DNA of 30,250 bases from a virus (taxonomy: Duplodnaviria; Heunggongvirae; Uroviricota; Caudoviricetes), in IMG/VR virus record IMGVR_UViG_2740892422_000005. One strand, given 5' to 3'. The translations under genes and the position numbers were made by a program. Position 1 is the first letter of the stretch; each line of letters begins with the position of its first letter. Below are positions 17,671 through 28,982 of this stretch, in pieces. The notes below the pieces were generated by a model that saw only the letters and a list, made by a program, of their open reading frames with translations, was not told the DNA's origin and did no database searches.

Positions 17671-17697
17671 CCCCCTGTGGTACTGAACTACAGGGGG
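17671..17697 (+). promoter_or_regulatory. Strong 11-bp stem-loop (CCCCCTGTGGT / ACTACAGGGGG, loop ACTGA) with no U-tract
   Basis: Read directly from the sequence between the major tail stop (17658) and the chaperone start (17707). Its 3' arm overlaps the chaperone RBS (GGGGGA). Confidence 0.4.
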
Positions 17698-17706
17698 ACG
17701 CATTGA

Positions 17707-18168
17707 ATGAGGTTATGGATGTTTATTCTTAATCAGAAAATTATCATCAGTGGAGAACGCTGGTTTACGCCAATGAAGGACTTAAAACCTGTAGACGGGT
17801 TAAAACTGTTGGTGGCAAGCAGCGATAACGATCAGTATCGCTCCCGTAATGCATTAATCCGTCGCCACATTGAGAAAATGGATGCCAGTTTGCACGTCGG
17901 AACGAAGGAGTTTGATATTTCAAAGGTTTCCGAGGTGGATTCTGTTGATGATTTACTCATTGATAATGCGGCTCGTTATCTGCTGAAAGACTGGAAAGGG
18001 GTTGGTGAACTGGTTGATGGTGTTGAGGTTGTACTGGAATATACGCCAGAACGAGGGATCGCGCTGCTTAAGCAGAATCCAGAGTTGTACTGGCAGCTCC
18101 TTGCAGAAGCAGCTAGCATCGCCCAGGGAAAAGAGCAGCAGAAGCAGGATACGATAAAAAAGCCATAG
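17707..18168 (+). CDS. Tail assembly chaperone (G-like)
   Basis: ATG 17707 lies 8 nt after GGGGGA. Acidic 153-aa protein ending ...DTIKKP* with a slippery heptamer at its 3' end. Confidence 0.65.
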   Translation: MRLWMFILNQKIIISGERWFTPMKDLKPVDGLKLLVASSDNDQYRSRNALIRRHIEKMDASLHVGTKEFDISKVSEVDSVDDLLIDNAARYLLKDWKGVGELVDGVEVVLEYTPERGIALLKQNPELYWQLLAEAASIAQGKEQQKQDTIKKP

Positions 18169-18497
18169 CTGCCCAGCGGTGGTTATCTGAGTTCGGGGGA
18201 GAAAAGGGTGAAAAGGCAAGATGGAAGCGAGAAAAACTCAGGTTGCCGCCGCTCCTGGAGCCAGAAATAGACCCCGTTGTCCGTGAGTTATTGTATGCGT
18301 ATTCAGTAATGTCTCGTTCTAGGCGTTATGCAGGCATGTCCGGGGTTCCGCTGCCTTTGTCAATATCTGACATACACGACTATTTAAAAGCACACCCAAT
18401 ATTGATAGATAGTGATGAATTTGAAGCAGTGATCTTTGCGCTGGATGACCAGTATGTTTCTCAATCCAAAACTTTTGATGGGATATTGATTAATTAA
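17707..18497 (+). CDS. Tail assembly chaperone G-T fusion made by -1 programmed frameshift at A_AAA_AAG (18156-18162)
   Basis: The -1 frame is open from the slippery site, translated by hand as KAIAAQRWLSEFGGEKGEKARWKRE..., and joins the 18243-18497 ORF. This matches the lambda G/GT arrangement. Confidence 0.55.
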
Positions 18498-18550
18498 TTT
18501 TATGCTTTGGCAATTAATTGTATGTACATAGTTTTATGTGAAATTGATAG

Positions 18551-18579
18551 TTGACTATAAAATGTGGTCGATATTTTAA
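18551..18579 (+). promoter_or_regulatory. Candidate sigma70 promoter for the Ail/Lom-like moron (-35 TTGACT at 18551-18556, AT-rich -10 region around 18572-18579)
   Basis: Near-consensus -35 TTGACT. The -10 is imperfect (TATTTT/TTTAAT depending on spacer). Confidence 0.3.
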
Positions 18580-18585
18580 TGCTGC

Positions 18586-18606
18586 CAGCCAGATTAATTC
18601 TGGCTG
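18586..18606. promoter_or_regulatory. 8-bp inverted repeat CAGCCAGA-TTAAT-TCTGGCTG in the 5' leader of the Ail/Lom-like gene
   Basis: Read directly from the sequence, between the candidate promoter and the RBS. Candidate operator or RNA hairpin. Confidence 0.3.
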
Positions 18607-18640
18607 TTATAACAATGATTTGTGAAATAGCGGTGATTTT

Positions 18641-19177
18641 ATGAAAAAAGCAGTGTTGACTACCATTATCGCTTCAGCCTTGTTTGCAACTGGCATTGCA
18701 AATGCTGAATTGATGCAGAATACTATTTCTCTAGGTTATGCACAAAGTCATGTTAAAGTCGCTGGAGAAAGCCTTGATGAGAATCCTTCCGGGGTAAATA
18801 TTAAGTATCGATATGAGCTGGATGATAAATGGGGCGTTGCATCTTCATTTACGTACACACATCAAGAATACGATTATCATTTTGCAGGCTCTAAAATTGG
18901 AAATGAAAAACTGGATTACTATTCACTAGCTGCCGGTCCAGCCTATCGTTTCAATGATTACTTCAGTGCATATGGCTTAATAGGTTTAGCGCATGGACGT
19001 GCTGAAGCGACGATTTTGGGATACTCTGACTCTTTAAGCAAGACTTCGGTTGTATATGGTGCTGGTATTCAGTTTAATCCTGTACCAAATTGGGTAGTTG
19101 ACGCATCCTATGAGTACACCAAATTGGGCGATGTGAAAGTTGGTACCTGGATGACCGGTATTGGTTATCGTTTCTGA
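18641..19177 (+). CDS. Ail/Lom/OmpX/PagC-family outer-membrane beta-barrel protein (178 aa) with signal peptide
   Basis: Signal peptide MKKAVLTTIIASALFATGIANA, family motifs (GYAQS, NIKYRYE, GAGIQFNP) and C-terminal GIGYRF ending in Phe. Distinct from the canonical lom at 28319. Confidence 0.8.
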   Translation: MKKAVLTTIIASALFATGIANAELMQNTISLGYAQSHVKVAGESLDENPSGVNIKYRYELDDKWGVASSFTYTHQEYDYHFAGSKIGNEKLDYYSLAAGPAYRFNDYFSAYGLIGLAHGRAEATILGYSDSLSKTSVVYGAGIQFNPVPNWVVDASYEYTKLGDVKVGTWMTGIGYRF

Positions 19178-19200
19178 TAATTCCTTTCTTCTGTTGTCTG

Positions 19201-19228
19201 GCCCCGCTTTCTAAGCGGGGCTTTTTTT
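19201..19228 (+). terminator. Intrinsic terminator (GCCCCGCTT-loop-AAGCGGGGC + T7)
   Basis: 9-bp GC-rich stem followed by TTTTTTT, 24 nt after the Ail/Lom-like stop and just upstream of the tape measure start. Confidence 0.6.
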
Positions 19229-19243
19229 GTCCGGAGCAACTAA

Positions 19244-22200
19244 ATGACAGAGCAAACTTCACGTCTTGCAATAATTATTGATAGCACTGGAGCGAAAAAT
19301 AATGCTGATAATTTGACCTCCTCCCTGGTCAAAATGACGCAGGCTGGGGCAACTGCTGCAAATAGCGCAGGGAAAGTGACTAGGGCAACAGAAGATGAGA
19401 AGAACGCGCTCGCAAAATTAAAAGCAGCTATTGATCCTGTTGGTGCCGCAATTGATACTGTCGGTCGGCGCTATTCTGAATTAAAGAAATACTTCGACAA
19501 AGGGCTTATTCATAAAGAAGAATATGAATTTCTTTCCCGTAAACTTAATGAAACTACAGCGGAATTGAGCGGGGTTGCGCAAGCGCAGAGAGAAGCCGAG
19601 AAGGCCGGAAAACTTGCTGCCGCCCAGCAGGAAGCGCAGGCTCAGGCCTTTCAAAGAATGCTGGACAAGATCGACCCTCTGGCTGCGGCGCTAAGACATC
19701 TTGAACAACAGCAGGATGAACTTAATGCTGCGTTTGCATCCGGGAAAATAAATGGTTCTCAGTTTGAGAATTATAGCCGAAAAATACAGGAAACACGGCG
19801 AGAGCTTACCGGAGAGGCTCAGGCAGAGCGAGAAGCAGCAAAAGCGCATGATGAACAGGTTGCTGCTTTGCAACGTCTGATTGCTCAACTTGATCCTGTC
19901 GGAACTGCTTTTAATCGTCTGGTAGAACAACAGAAACAGCTCAATGAAGCAAAAGCTAAGGGGATGCTTTCTCCTGAAATGTATGAGGAGCTTTCTGGAA
20001 AACTTCGTGCTATGCGGAGTGAGCTTGAGGTTACTCAATCGCAATTAAGCAAAACCGGAATGTCGGCAAAACAAACGGCTTTTGCTATGCGCATGTTGCC
20101 TGCACAAATGACGGATATTGTTGTTGGGTTGTCCACTGGTCAGTCGCCATTTATGGTGTTAATGCAGCAGGGCGGCCAGCTAAAAGATATGTTCGGTGGG
20201 ATTGGCCCGGCGATCAAAGGTGTAGGTTCTTATGTGCTGGGATTAATTAATCCTTTTACCCTGGCCGCAGCAGCCGTTGGCGTCTTAGGGCTGGCTTACT
20301 ATAAAGGCTCTCAGGAGCAGGACGAATTTAATAAATCTCTTATTCTTACCGGAAATCAGTTGGGGACAACCAGCGGGCAATTGGCCGATATAGCTCAACG
20401 TGCCGGGAATGCGGCTGATTCGACAACTGGCGCTGCGGCGGTAGTATTAAAACAGCTTGTGCGTTCGGGAAAGGTAGCGAGCAGTTCGCTGGAGCAAGTG
20501 ACGACAGCGATAGTAAAAACGAGCGAAGTAACAGGAATATCAACCGAACAACTGGTTAATGACTTCAATGAAATTGCAAAGGATCCTGTCAGTGCTATAT
20601 CAAAACTTAATGATCAGTACCATTTTCTGACACTTGCGACTTATAACCAGATTAAGGCGCTACAGGATGAAGGGAACCAGCAGGAGGCTGCTCGTATTGC
20701 GACGGAAGCATATTCATCCTCAATGATTCAACGTTCCAGCCAGATTAAAGAAAATCTTGGTTATCTTGAGACTGCATGGAAAGCTGTCGCAGACTCCGCA
20801 AAATGGGCATGGGATTCCATGCTGGATATTGGCCGTGAGGCCTCCCTTGATCAAAAAATCTCAGATGTTCTCCGTCAAATTGATGAAATAGAAAAAAATA
20901 CCCGACCCGGAGTTTTCGGGTTAGGTGGCATTGGAGATGGCGGAGCTCAAAATAAAAAGCTGGCACGATTAAAGCAGCAATTGGGCGTACTTCAAGCAGA
21001 AAAAATTGCTCAGGACGTACTAAATTCATCAATAAACGATTACAACAAGCGACAACAGGAAGGAATTGAACTCAGACAGAGAGCAGATGCTTTTTCAAAA
21101 CAATATCAAACCCGGGAGCAGCAGAGAGCTAGTGAACTTGCAAAACTGGAAAAGCTAAAGAATCAGTATTCAAAGGAAGAATATAATAATCTTATCGCTC
21201 AAATAAATGAGCGTTATAAAGAACCAAAGCAACCAAAGGCGAAAGGTTATTCGGATGATGCTGCCCAACGAATGATTGATCATCTGAATCAACAGAATGC
21301 GTTACTAAGTTCACAAGCTGAATTGACCGTTAAATTAAGTTCCTCTGAACAGGAACTGGTTAAGTGGCGTCAGCAGATTGCCGACCTGGAGTCACGACCG
21401 TCATCGAAATTAACCCAGGATCAGAAATCGCTTCTCTTACACCGGGAAGAAATAACTGCGTTGATGGAGAAAAATGTTGCGATTGAAAAAAATAACAGGC
21501 TAATCAAGGAATCCGCCGAAATAGCTGCATGGCGTGATTCATTGCAGGCTTCGATTGATAATCGTCAACAGGGGTATGACATTCAGATTGCTGGTTATGG
21601 GTTTGGCGATAAAAATCAGCAACGCCAGCAGGAATTACTGCGGATTGAACGTGAATATAACAATCAGCGTCTGCAACTTGAACGTGACTATGCAGATAAA
21701 TCCCGTGGAATGTCAAATCATGTTTTTCAGGAGAAAATGCAGGCTCTGAATGATGCTCTGGAACGAGAAAAAGAAATTGTCAGCCAGAAAAACGAGCAGC
21801 TCGATATTCAGGCAGGAGACTGGATTAGTGGTGCCTCCCAGGGATTCAATAACTGGCTGGATGACACTAAGGATATCGGTGCGCAGATAAAATCAACCAC
21901 GACTCAGATGTTTGATGGGATGACCGATGCGCTAGGTGATTTTGTCACGACAGGCAAGGCAAATTTTCGTTCTTTCGCTACTTCCGTGATTTCGGATCTT
22001 AGTCGAATTGCATTAAAGGCTTCAATTACTGGGATTTTCGACAGCATTGATAACAGTTCTTCTGGTGGGATTTTAGGAACTATCGGGAGTGCTATTAGTA
22101 AATTTATTCCGAATGCAAAGGGCGGTGTGTATGAGTCTCCGTCATTGAGTACATATTCGAACGGTATTTATGACTCCCCACAATTTTTTGCTTTTGCAAA

Positions 22201-22477
22201 AGGAGCTGGTGTTTTTGGCGAGGCTGGACCGGAAGCTATTATGCCATTAACGCGAACTTCCGATGGTTCTCTTGGTGTCAGAGCTATTAATAGTAAAAGT
22301 GGTAATGGAGGCAGAGATATTACCTATGCACCTGTATACCAAATCACTATTCAAAATGACGGCCAGAATGGAGAGATTGGTCCTCAGGCAATAAAAGCAC
22401 TTATGGGGATGGTTGATCAGCGGGTGCAGGGCACTCTGTTAAATATGCGCCGTGATGGAGGAATGTTAAGTGGCTAA
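19244..22477 (+). CDS. H: Tail tape measure protein (1077 aa)
   Basis: Very long alpha-helical, coiled-coil-rich protein between the chaperone genes and M/L. Hydrophobic Gly-rich central segment. Confidence 0.85.
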   Translation: MTEQTSRLAIIIDSTGAKNNADNLTSSLVKMTQAGATAANSAGKVTRATEDEKNALAKLKAAIDPVGAAIDTVGRRYSELKKYFDKGLIHKEEYEFLSRKLNETTAELSGVAQAQREAEKAGKLAAAQQEAQAQAFQRMLDKIDPLAAALRHLEQQQDELNAAFASGKINGSQFENYSRKIQETRRELTGEAQAEREAAKAHDEQVAALQRLIAQLDPVGTAFNRLVEQQKQLNEAKAKGMLSPEMYEELSGKLRAMRSELEVTQSQLSKTGMSAKQTAFAMRMLPAQMTDIVVGLSTGQSPFMVLMQQGGQLKDMFGGIGPAIKGVGSYVLGLINPFTLAAAAVGVLGLAYYKGSQEQDEFNKSLILTGNQLGTTSGQLADIAQRAGNAADSTTGAAAVVLKQLVRSGKVASSSLEQVTTAIVKTSEVTGISTEQLVNDFNEIAKDPVSAISKLNDQYHFLTLATYNQIKALQDEGNQQEAARIATEAYSSSMIQRSSQIKENLGYLETAWKAVADSAKWAWDSMLDIGREASLDQKISDVLRQIDEIEKNTRPGVFGLGGIGDGGAQNKKLARLKQQLGVLQAEKIAQDVLNSSINDYNKRQQEGIELRQRADAFSKQYQTREQQRASELAKLEKLKNQYSKEEYNNLIAQINERYKEPKQPKAKGYSDDAAQRMIDHLNQQNALLSSQAELTVKLSSSEQELVKWRQQIADLESRPSSKLTQDQKSLLLHREEITALMEKNVAIEKNNRLIKESAEIAAWRDSLQASIDNRQQGYDIQIAGYGFGDKNQQRQQELLRIEREYNNQRLQLERDYADKSRGMSNHVFQEKMQALNDALEREKEIVSQKNEQLDIQAGDWISGASQGFNNWLDDTKDIGAQIKSTTTQMFDGMTDALGDFVTTGKANFRSFATSVISDLSRIALKASITGIFDSIDNSSSGGILGTIGSAISKFIPNAKGGVYESPSLSTYSNGIYDSPQFFAFAKGAGVFGEAGPEAIMPLTRTSDGSLGVRAINSKSGNGGRDITYAPVYQITIQNDGQNGEIGPQAIKALMGMVDQRVQGTLLNMRRDGGMLSG

Positions 22478-22808
22478 TACGGAAGAATTTTACTGGTTAC
22501 CAGAGGATGGAATGAAAACAGAAAATAAGCCATCGATAAAAACTGTAAGATTTGGCGATGGTTATGAACAACGAAGCCCAAACGGACTTAATCATGCTCT
22601 GCGTGTTTTTACCTGTGATTTCAGGGTTGAGGCGAATGAACGTAATTCATTTGAACTGTTTCTAGTTCGGCATGGAGGCTATAAATCTTTTTTTTGGCGC
22701 CCGCCGGGTATTAACAGAAAAATCAGAGTGGTGTGTCGAACGTGGTCAGCGACAGAACATATCACCTATACCGATTTTTCGTGTCAGTTTGACGAAGTGG
22801 TGATTTGA
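22470..22808 (+). CDS. M: Minor tail protein M
   Basis: GTG start after RBS GGAGGAA. Contains [12 protein letters not shown] and FFWRPP, which match lambda gpM as I recall it. Confidence 0.8.
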   Translation: MANTEEFYWLPEDGMKTENKPSIKTVRFGDGYEQRSPNGLNHALRVFTCDFRVEANERNSFELFLVRHGGYKSFFWRPPGINRKIRVVCRTWSATEHITYTDFSCQFDEVVI

Positions 22809-23506
22809 TGCAGGATATTCCACAGGAAACACATCATGAGACGACACGCCTCACTCAGTCAGCCCAGGTGGTGCTCTGGGAAATCGATCTGACAGAGGTC
22901 GGTGGTGAACGTTATTTTTTCTGTAATGAGCAGAACGAAAAAGGTGAGCCAGTCACCTGGCAGGGGCGGCAGTATCAGGCATACCCCATTCAGGGGACGG
23001 GATTTGAACTGAACGGCAAGGGCAGTGCAGCCCGTCCGACACTGACGGTTTCTAACCTGCACGGCATGGTCACCGGGATGGCGGAAGACCTGCAGAGTCT
23101 GGTCGGCGGAATGGTGGTCAGGCGTAAGGTTTACGCCCGTTTTCTGGATGCGGTGAACTTCGTCAACGGAAACAGCGACGCCGATCCGGAGCAGGAGGTG
23201 ATCAGCCGCTGGCGCATCGAGCAGTGCAGCGAACTGAGTGCGGTCAGTGCCTCTTTTGTACTGTCCACGCCGACGGAAACGGATGGGGCCGTTTTTCCTG
23301 GGCGCATCATGCTGGCTAATACCTGCACCTGGACCTATCGCGGTGATGAGTGCGGTTATCACGGTCCGGCGGTCGCGGATGAATATGACCAGCCAACGTC
23401 CGATATCACGAAGGATAAATGCAGCAAATGCCTGAGCGGTTGTAAGTTTCGCAATAACCTCGGCAACTTTGGCGGCTTCTTTTCCATTAACAAACTTTCG
23501 CAGTAA
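22808..23506 (+). CDS. L: Minor tail protein L (Fe-S cysteine cluster)
   Basis: Near-identical to lambda gpL as I recall it (MQDI..., CSKCLSGCKF...). ATG 22808 overlaps the M stop (TGATG); the track's 22805 start is a TTG. Confidence 0.85.
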   Translation: MQDIPQETHHETTRLTQSAQVVLWEIDLTEVGGERYFFCNEQNEKGEPVTWQGRQYQAYPIQGTGFELNGKGSAARPTLTVSNLHGMVTGMAEDLQSLVGGMVVRRKVYARFLDAVNFVNGNSDADPEQEVISRWRIEQCSELSAVSASFVLSTPTETDGAVFPGRIMLANTCTWTYRGDECGYHGPAVADEYDQPTSDITKDKCSKCLSGCKFRNNLGNFGGFFSINKLSQ

Positions 23507-23510
23507 ATCC

Positions 23511-24254
23511 ATGACAGAGACAGAATCAGCGATTCTGGCGCACGCCCGGCGATGTGCGCCAGCGGAGTCGTGCGGCTTCGTGGTGAGAACACCGGAGGGA
23601 GAAAGATATTTTCCCTGCGTGAATATCTCCGGTGAGCCGGAGGATTATTTCCGGATGGCTCCGGAGGACTGGCTGCAGGCCAAAATGCAGGGTGAGATTG
23701 TGGCGCTGGTCCACAGCCACCCCGGTGGTCTGCCCTGGCTGAGTGAGGCCGACAGGCGGCTGCAGGTGCAGAGTGATTTGCCGTGGTGGCTGGTCTGCCG
23801 GGGGACGATTCATAAGTTCCGCTGTGTGCCGCATCTCACCGGGCGGCGCTTTGAGCACGGGGTGACGGACTGTTACACGCTGTTCCGGGATGCTTACCAT
23901 CTGGCGGGGATTGAGATGCCGGATTTTCATCGCAAGGATGACTGGTGGCGTCACGGGCAGAATCTCTATCTGGATAATCTGGAGGCCACAGGGCTGTATC
24001 AGGTGCCGTTGTCAGCGGCGCAGCCGGGCGATGTGCTGCTGTGCTGTTTTGGTTCATCGGTGCCGAATCATGCCGCTATTTACTGTGGTGACGGCGAGCT
24101 GCTGCACCATATTCCTGAACAACTGAGCAAACGAGAGAGGTATACCGACAAATGGCAGCGACGCACACACTCCCTCTGGCGTCACCGGGCATGGCACGCA
24201 TCTGCCTTTACGGGGATTTGCAACGATTTGGCCGCCGCATCGACCTTCGTGTGA
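23511..24254 (+). CDS. K: Tail tip assembly protein K (JAMM/MPN plus NlpC/P60 domains)
   Basis: MTETESAILAHARRC... with JAMM motif HSHPGGLPWLSEAD and NlpC/P60-type Cys and His. Very close to lambda K from memory. An internal in-frame Met (MAPEDW, about 23655) is an alternative start. Confidence 0.8.
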   Translation: MTETESAILAHARRCAPAESCGFVVRTPEGERYFPCVNISGEPEDYFRMAPEDWLQAKMQGEIVALVHSHPGGLPWLSEADRRLQVQSDLPWWLVCRGTIHKFRCVPHLTGRRFEHGVTDCYTLFRDAYHLAGIEMPDFHRKDDWWRHGQNLYLDNLEATGLYQVPLSAAQPGDVLLCCFGSSVPNHAAIYCGDGELLHHIPEQLSKRERYTDKWQRRTHSLWRHRAWHASAFTGICNDLAAASTFV

Positions 24255-24793
24255 AAACGGGGGCTGAAGCCATCCGCGCACTGGCCACACAGCTCCCGGC
24301 GTTTCGTCAGAAATTGAGCGACGGCTGGTATCAGGTACGGATTGCCGGGCGTGATACAGGTGAAACGGAATTATCAGCCCGTCTTAATGAACCGCTGGCA
24401 AATGGTGCTGTGATCCATATCGTGCCGCGTCTGGCAGGAGCCAAAAGTGGCGGTGTGTTTCAGGCTGTGCTGGGGGCGGCTGTTATGGCGGTTGCTATAT
24501 GGATGCCGGGGGTAGGAATTATGGCGAGTAATCTGCTGTTTTCTCTCGGTGCCAGTATGACGCTTGGCGGTGTTGCACAGATGCTGGCCCCTAAACCCAA
24601 AACCCCCCGCACACAGACAACGGATAACGGCAAACAGAACACCTATTTTTCTTCACTGGATAATATGGTTGCCCAGGGCAATGTCCTGCCCGTTCTGTAC
24701 GGTGAAATGCGTGTGGGGTCACGTGTGGTTTCTCAGGAGATCAGCACGGCAGACGAAGGGGACGGTGGTCAGGTTGTGGTGATTGGTCGCTGA
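24152..24793 (+). CDS. I: Tail tip assembly protein I
   Basis: MAATHTLPLASPGMARICLYGDLQRFGRR... is close to lambda gpI from memory. Overlaps the 3' end of K by about 100 nt in another frame. Confidence 0.85.
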   Translation: MAATHTLPLASPGMARICLYGDLQRFGRRIDLRVKTGAEAIRALATQLPAFRQKLSDGWYQVRIAGRDTGETELSARLNEPLANGAVIHIVPRLAGAKSGGVFQAVLGAAVMAVAIWMPGVGIMASNLLFSLGASMTLGGVAQMLAPKPKTPRTQTTDNGKQNTYFSSLDNMVAQGNVLPVLYGEMRVGSRVVSQEISTADEGDGGQVVVIGR

Positions 24794-24812
24794 TGCAAAA
24801 CATTTTATGTGA

Positions 24813-24833
24813 AACCGCCTTCGGGCGGTTTTG
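24813..24833 (+). terminator. Terminator-like hairpin (AACCGCC-TTCG-GGCGGTT + TTG)
   Basis: 7-bp stem with UUCG loop between I and J. The U-tract is short and partly inside the stem. Confidence 0.35.
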
Positions 24834-24850
24834 TCGTTTATGGGGGCTGA

Positions 24851-28251
<3,401 letters not shown>

Positions 28252-28270
28252 ATTTTATAACCCATATACG

Positions 28271-28294
28271 GGCGCCAGAAATGGCGCCTTTTTT
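28271..28294 (+). terminator. Intrinsic terminator (GGCGCC-AGAAAT-GGCGCC + T6)
   Basis: GC stem and T-run 20 nt after the J stop. Confidence 0.5.
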
Positions 28295-28318
28295 ATTGCA
28301 GAAAAGCGAGAGGTAATT

Positions 28319-28918
28319 ATGCGTAAAGTTTGTGCAGCCATTTTGTCCGCAGCCATCTGTCTGGCCGTATCCGGTGCGCCTGCATGGGCATCTGAACATC
28401 AGTCCACGCTGAGCGCGGGGTATCTTCATGCCTCGACGAACGTTCCCGGCAGCGATGATCTGAACGGGATTAACGTGAAATACCGTTATGAGTTTACGGA
28501 TACACTGGGGCTGGTGACGTCATTCAGCTATGCAGGAGACAAGAATCGCCAGCTGACCTGTTACAGCGATACCCGCTGGCATGAAGATTCCGTGCGTAAC
28601 CGCTGGTTCAGCGTGATGGCGGGGCCGTCTGTGCGCGTGAATGAATGGTTCAGCGCGTATGCGATGGCGGGTATGGCTTACAGCCGTGTTTCGACTTTCT
28701 CCGGAGATTATATCCGCGTAACTGACAACAAGGGGAAAACGCACGATGTGCTGACCGGAAGTGATGACGGTCGCCACAGCAACACGTCTCTGGCGTGGGG
28801 AGCTGGCGTGCAGTTTAACCCGACCGAATCCGTGGCCGTTGACGTCGCTTATGAAGGCTCCGGCAGCGGTGACTGGCGTACCAACAGTTTCATCGTGGGT
28901 GTAGGTTATAAATTCTGA
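28319..28918 (+). CDS. lom: Lom outer-membrane protein (Ail/Lom family), canonical lambda position
   Basis: MRKVCAAILSAAICLAVSGAPAWASEHQSTLSAGYLHAS... is close to lambda Lom from memory. Signal peptide, C-terminal GVGYKF. Confidence 0.9.
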   Translation: MRKVCAAILSAAICLAVSGAPAWASEHQSTLSAGYLHASTNVPGSDDLNGINVKYRYEFTDTLGLVTSFSYAGDKNRQLTCYSDTRWHEDSVRNRWFSVMAGPSVRVNEWFSAYAMAGMAYSRVSTFSGDYIRVTDNKGKTHDVLTGSDDGRHSNTSLAWGAGVQFNPTESVAVDVAYEGSGSGDWRTNSFIVGVGYKF

Positions 28919-28944
28919 TTAGCCAGGTAACACAGTGTTATGAC

Positions 28945-28971
28945 AGCCCGCCGTTTCAGGCGGGCTTTTTT
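28945..28971 (+). terminator. Intrinsic terminator (AGCCCGCC-GTTTCA-GGCGGGCT + T5)
   Basis: 8-bp GC stem and T-run 27 nt after the lom stop. Confidence 0.6.
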
Positions 28972-28982
28972 GTGGGGTGAAT

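Noticed and set aside
22859-23512. 217-aa minus-strand ORF
   Set aside because: Antisense to minor tail protein L, whose identity is strongly supported. No independent evidence.
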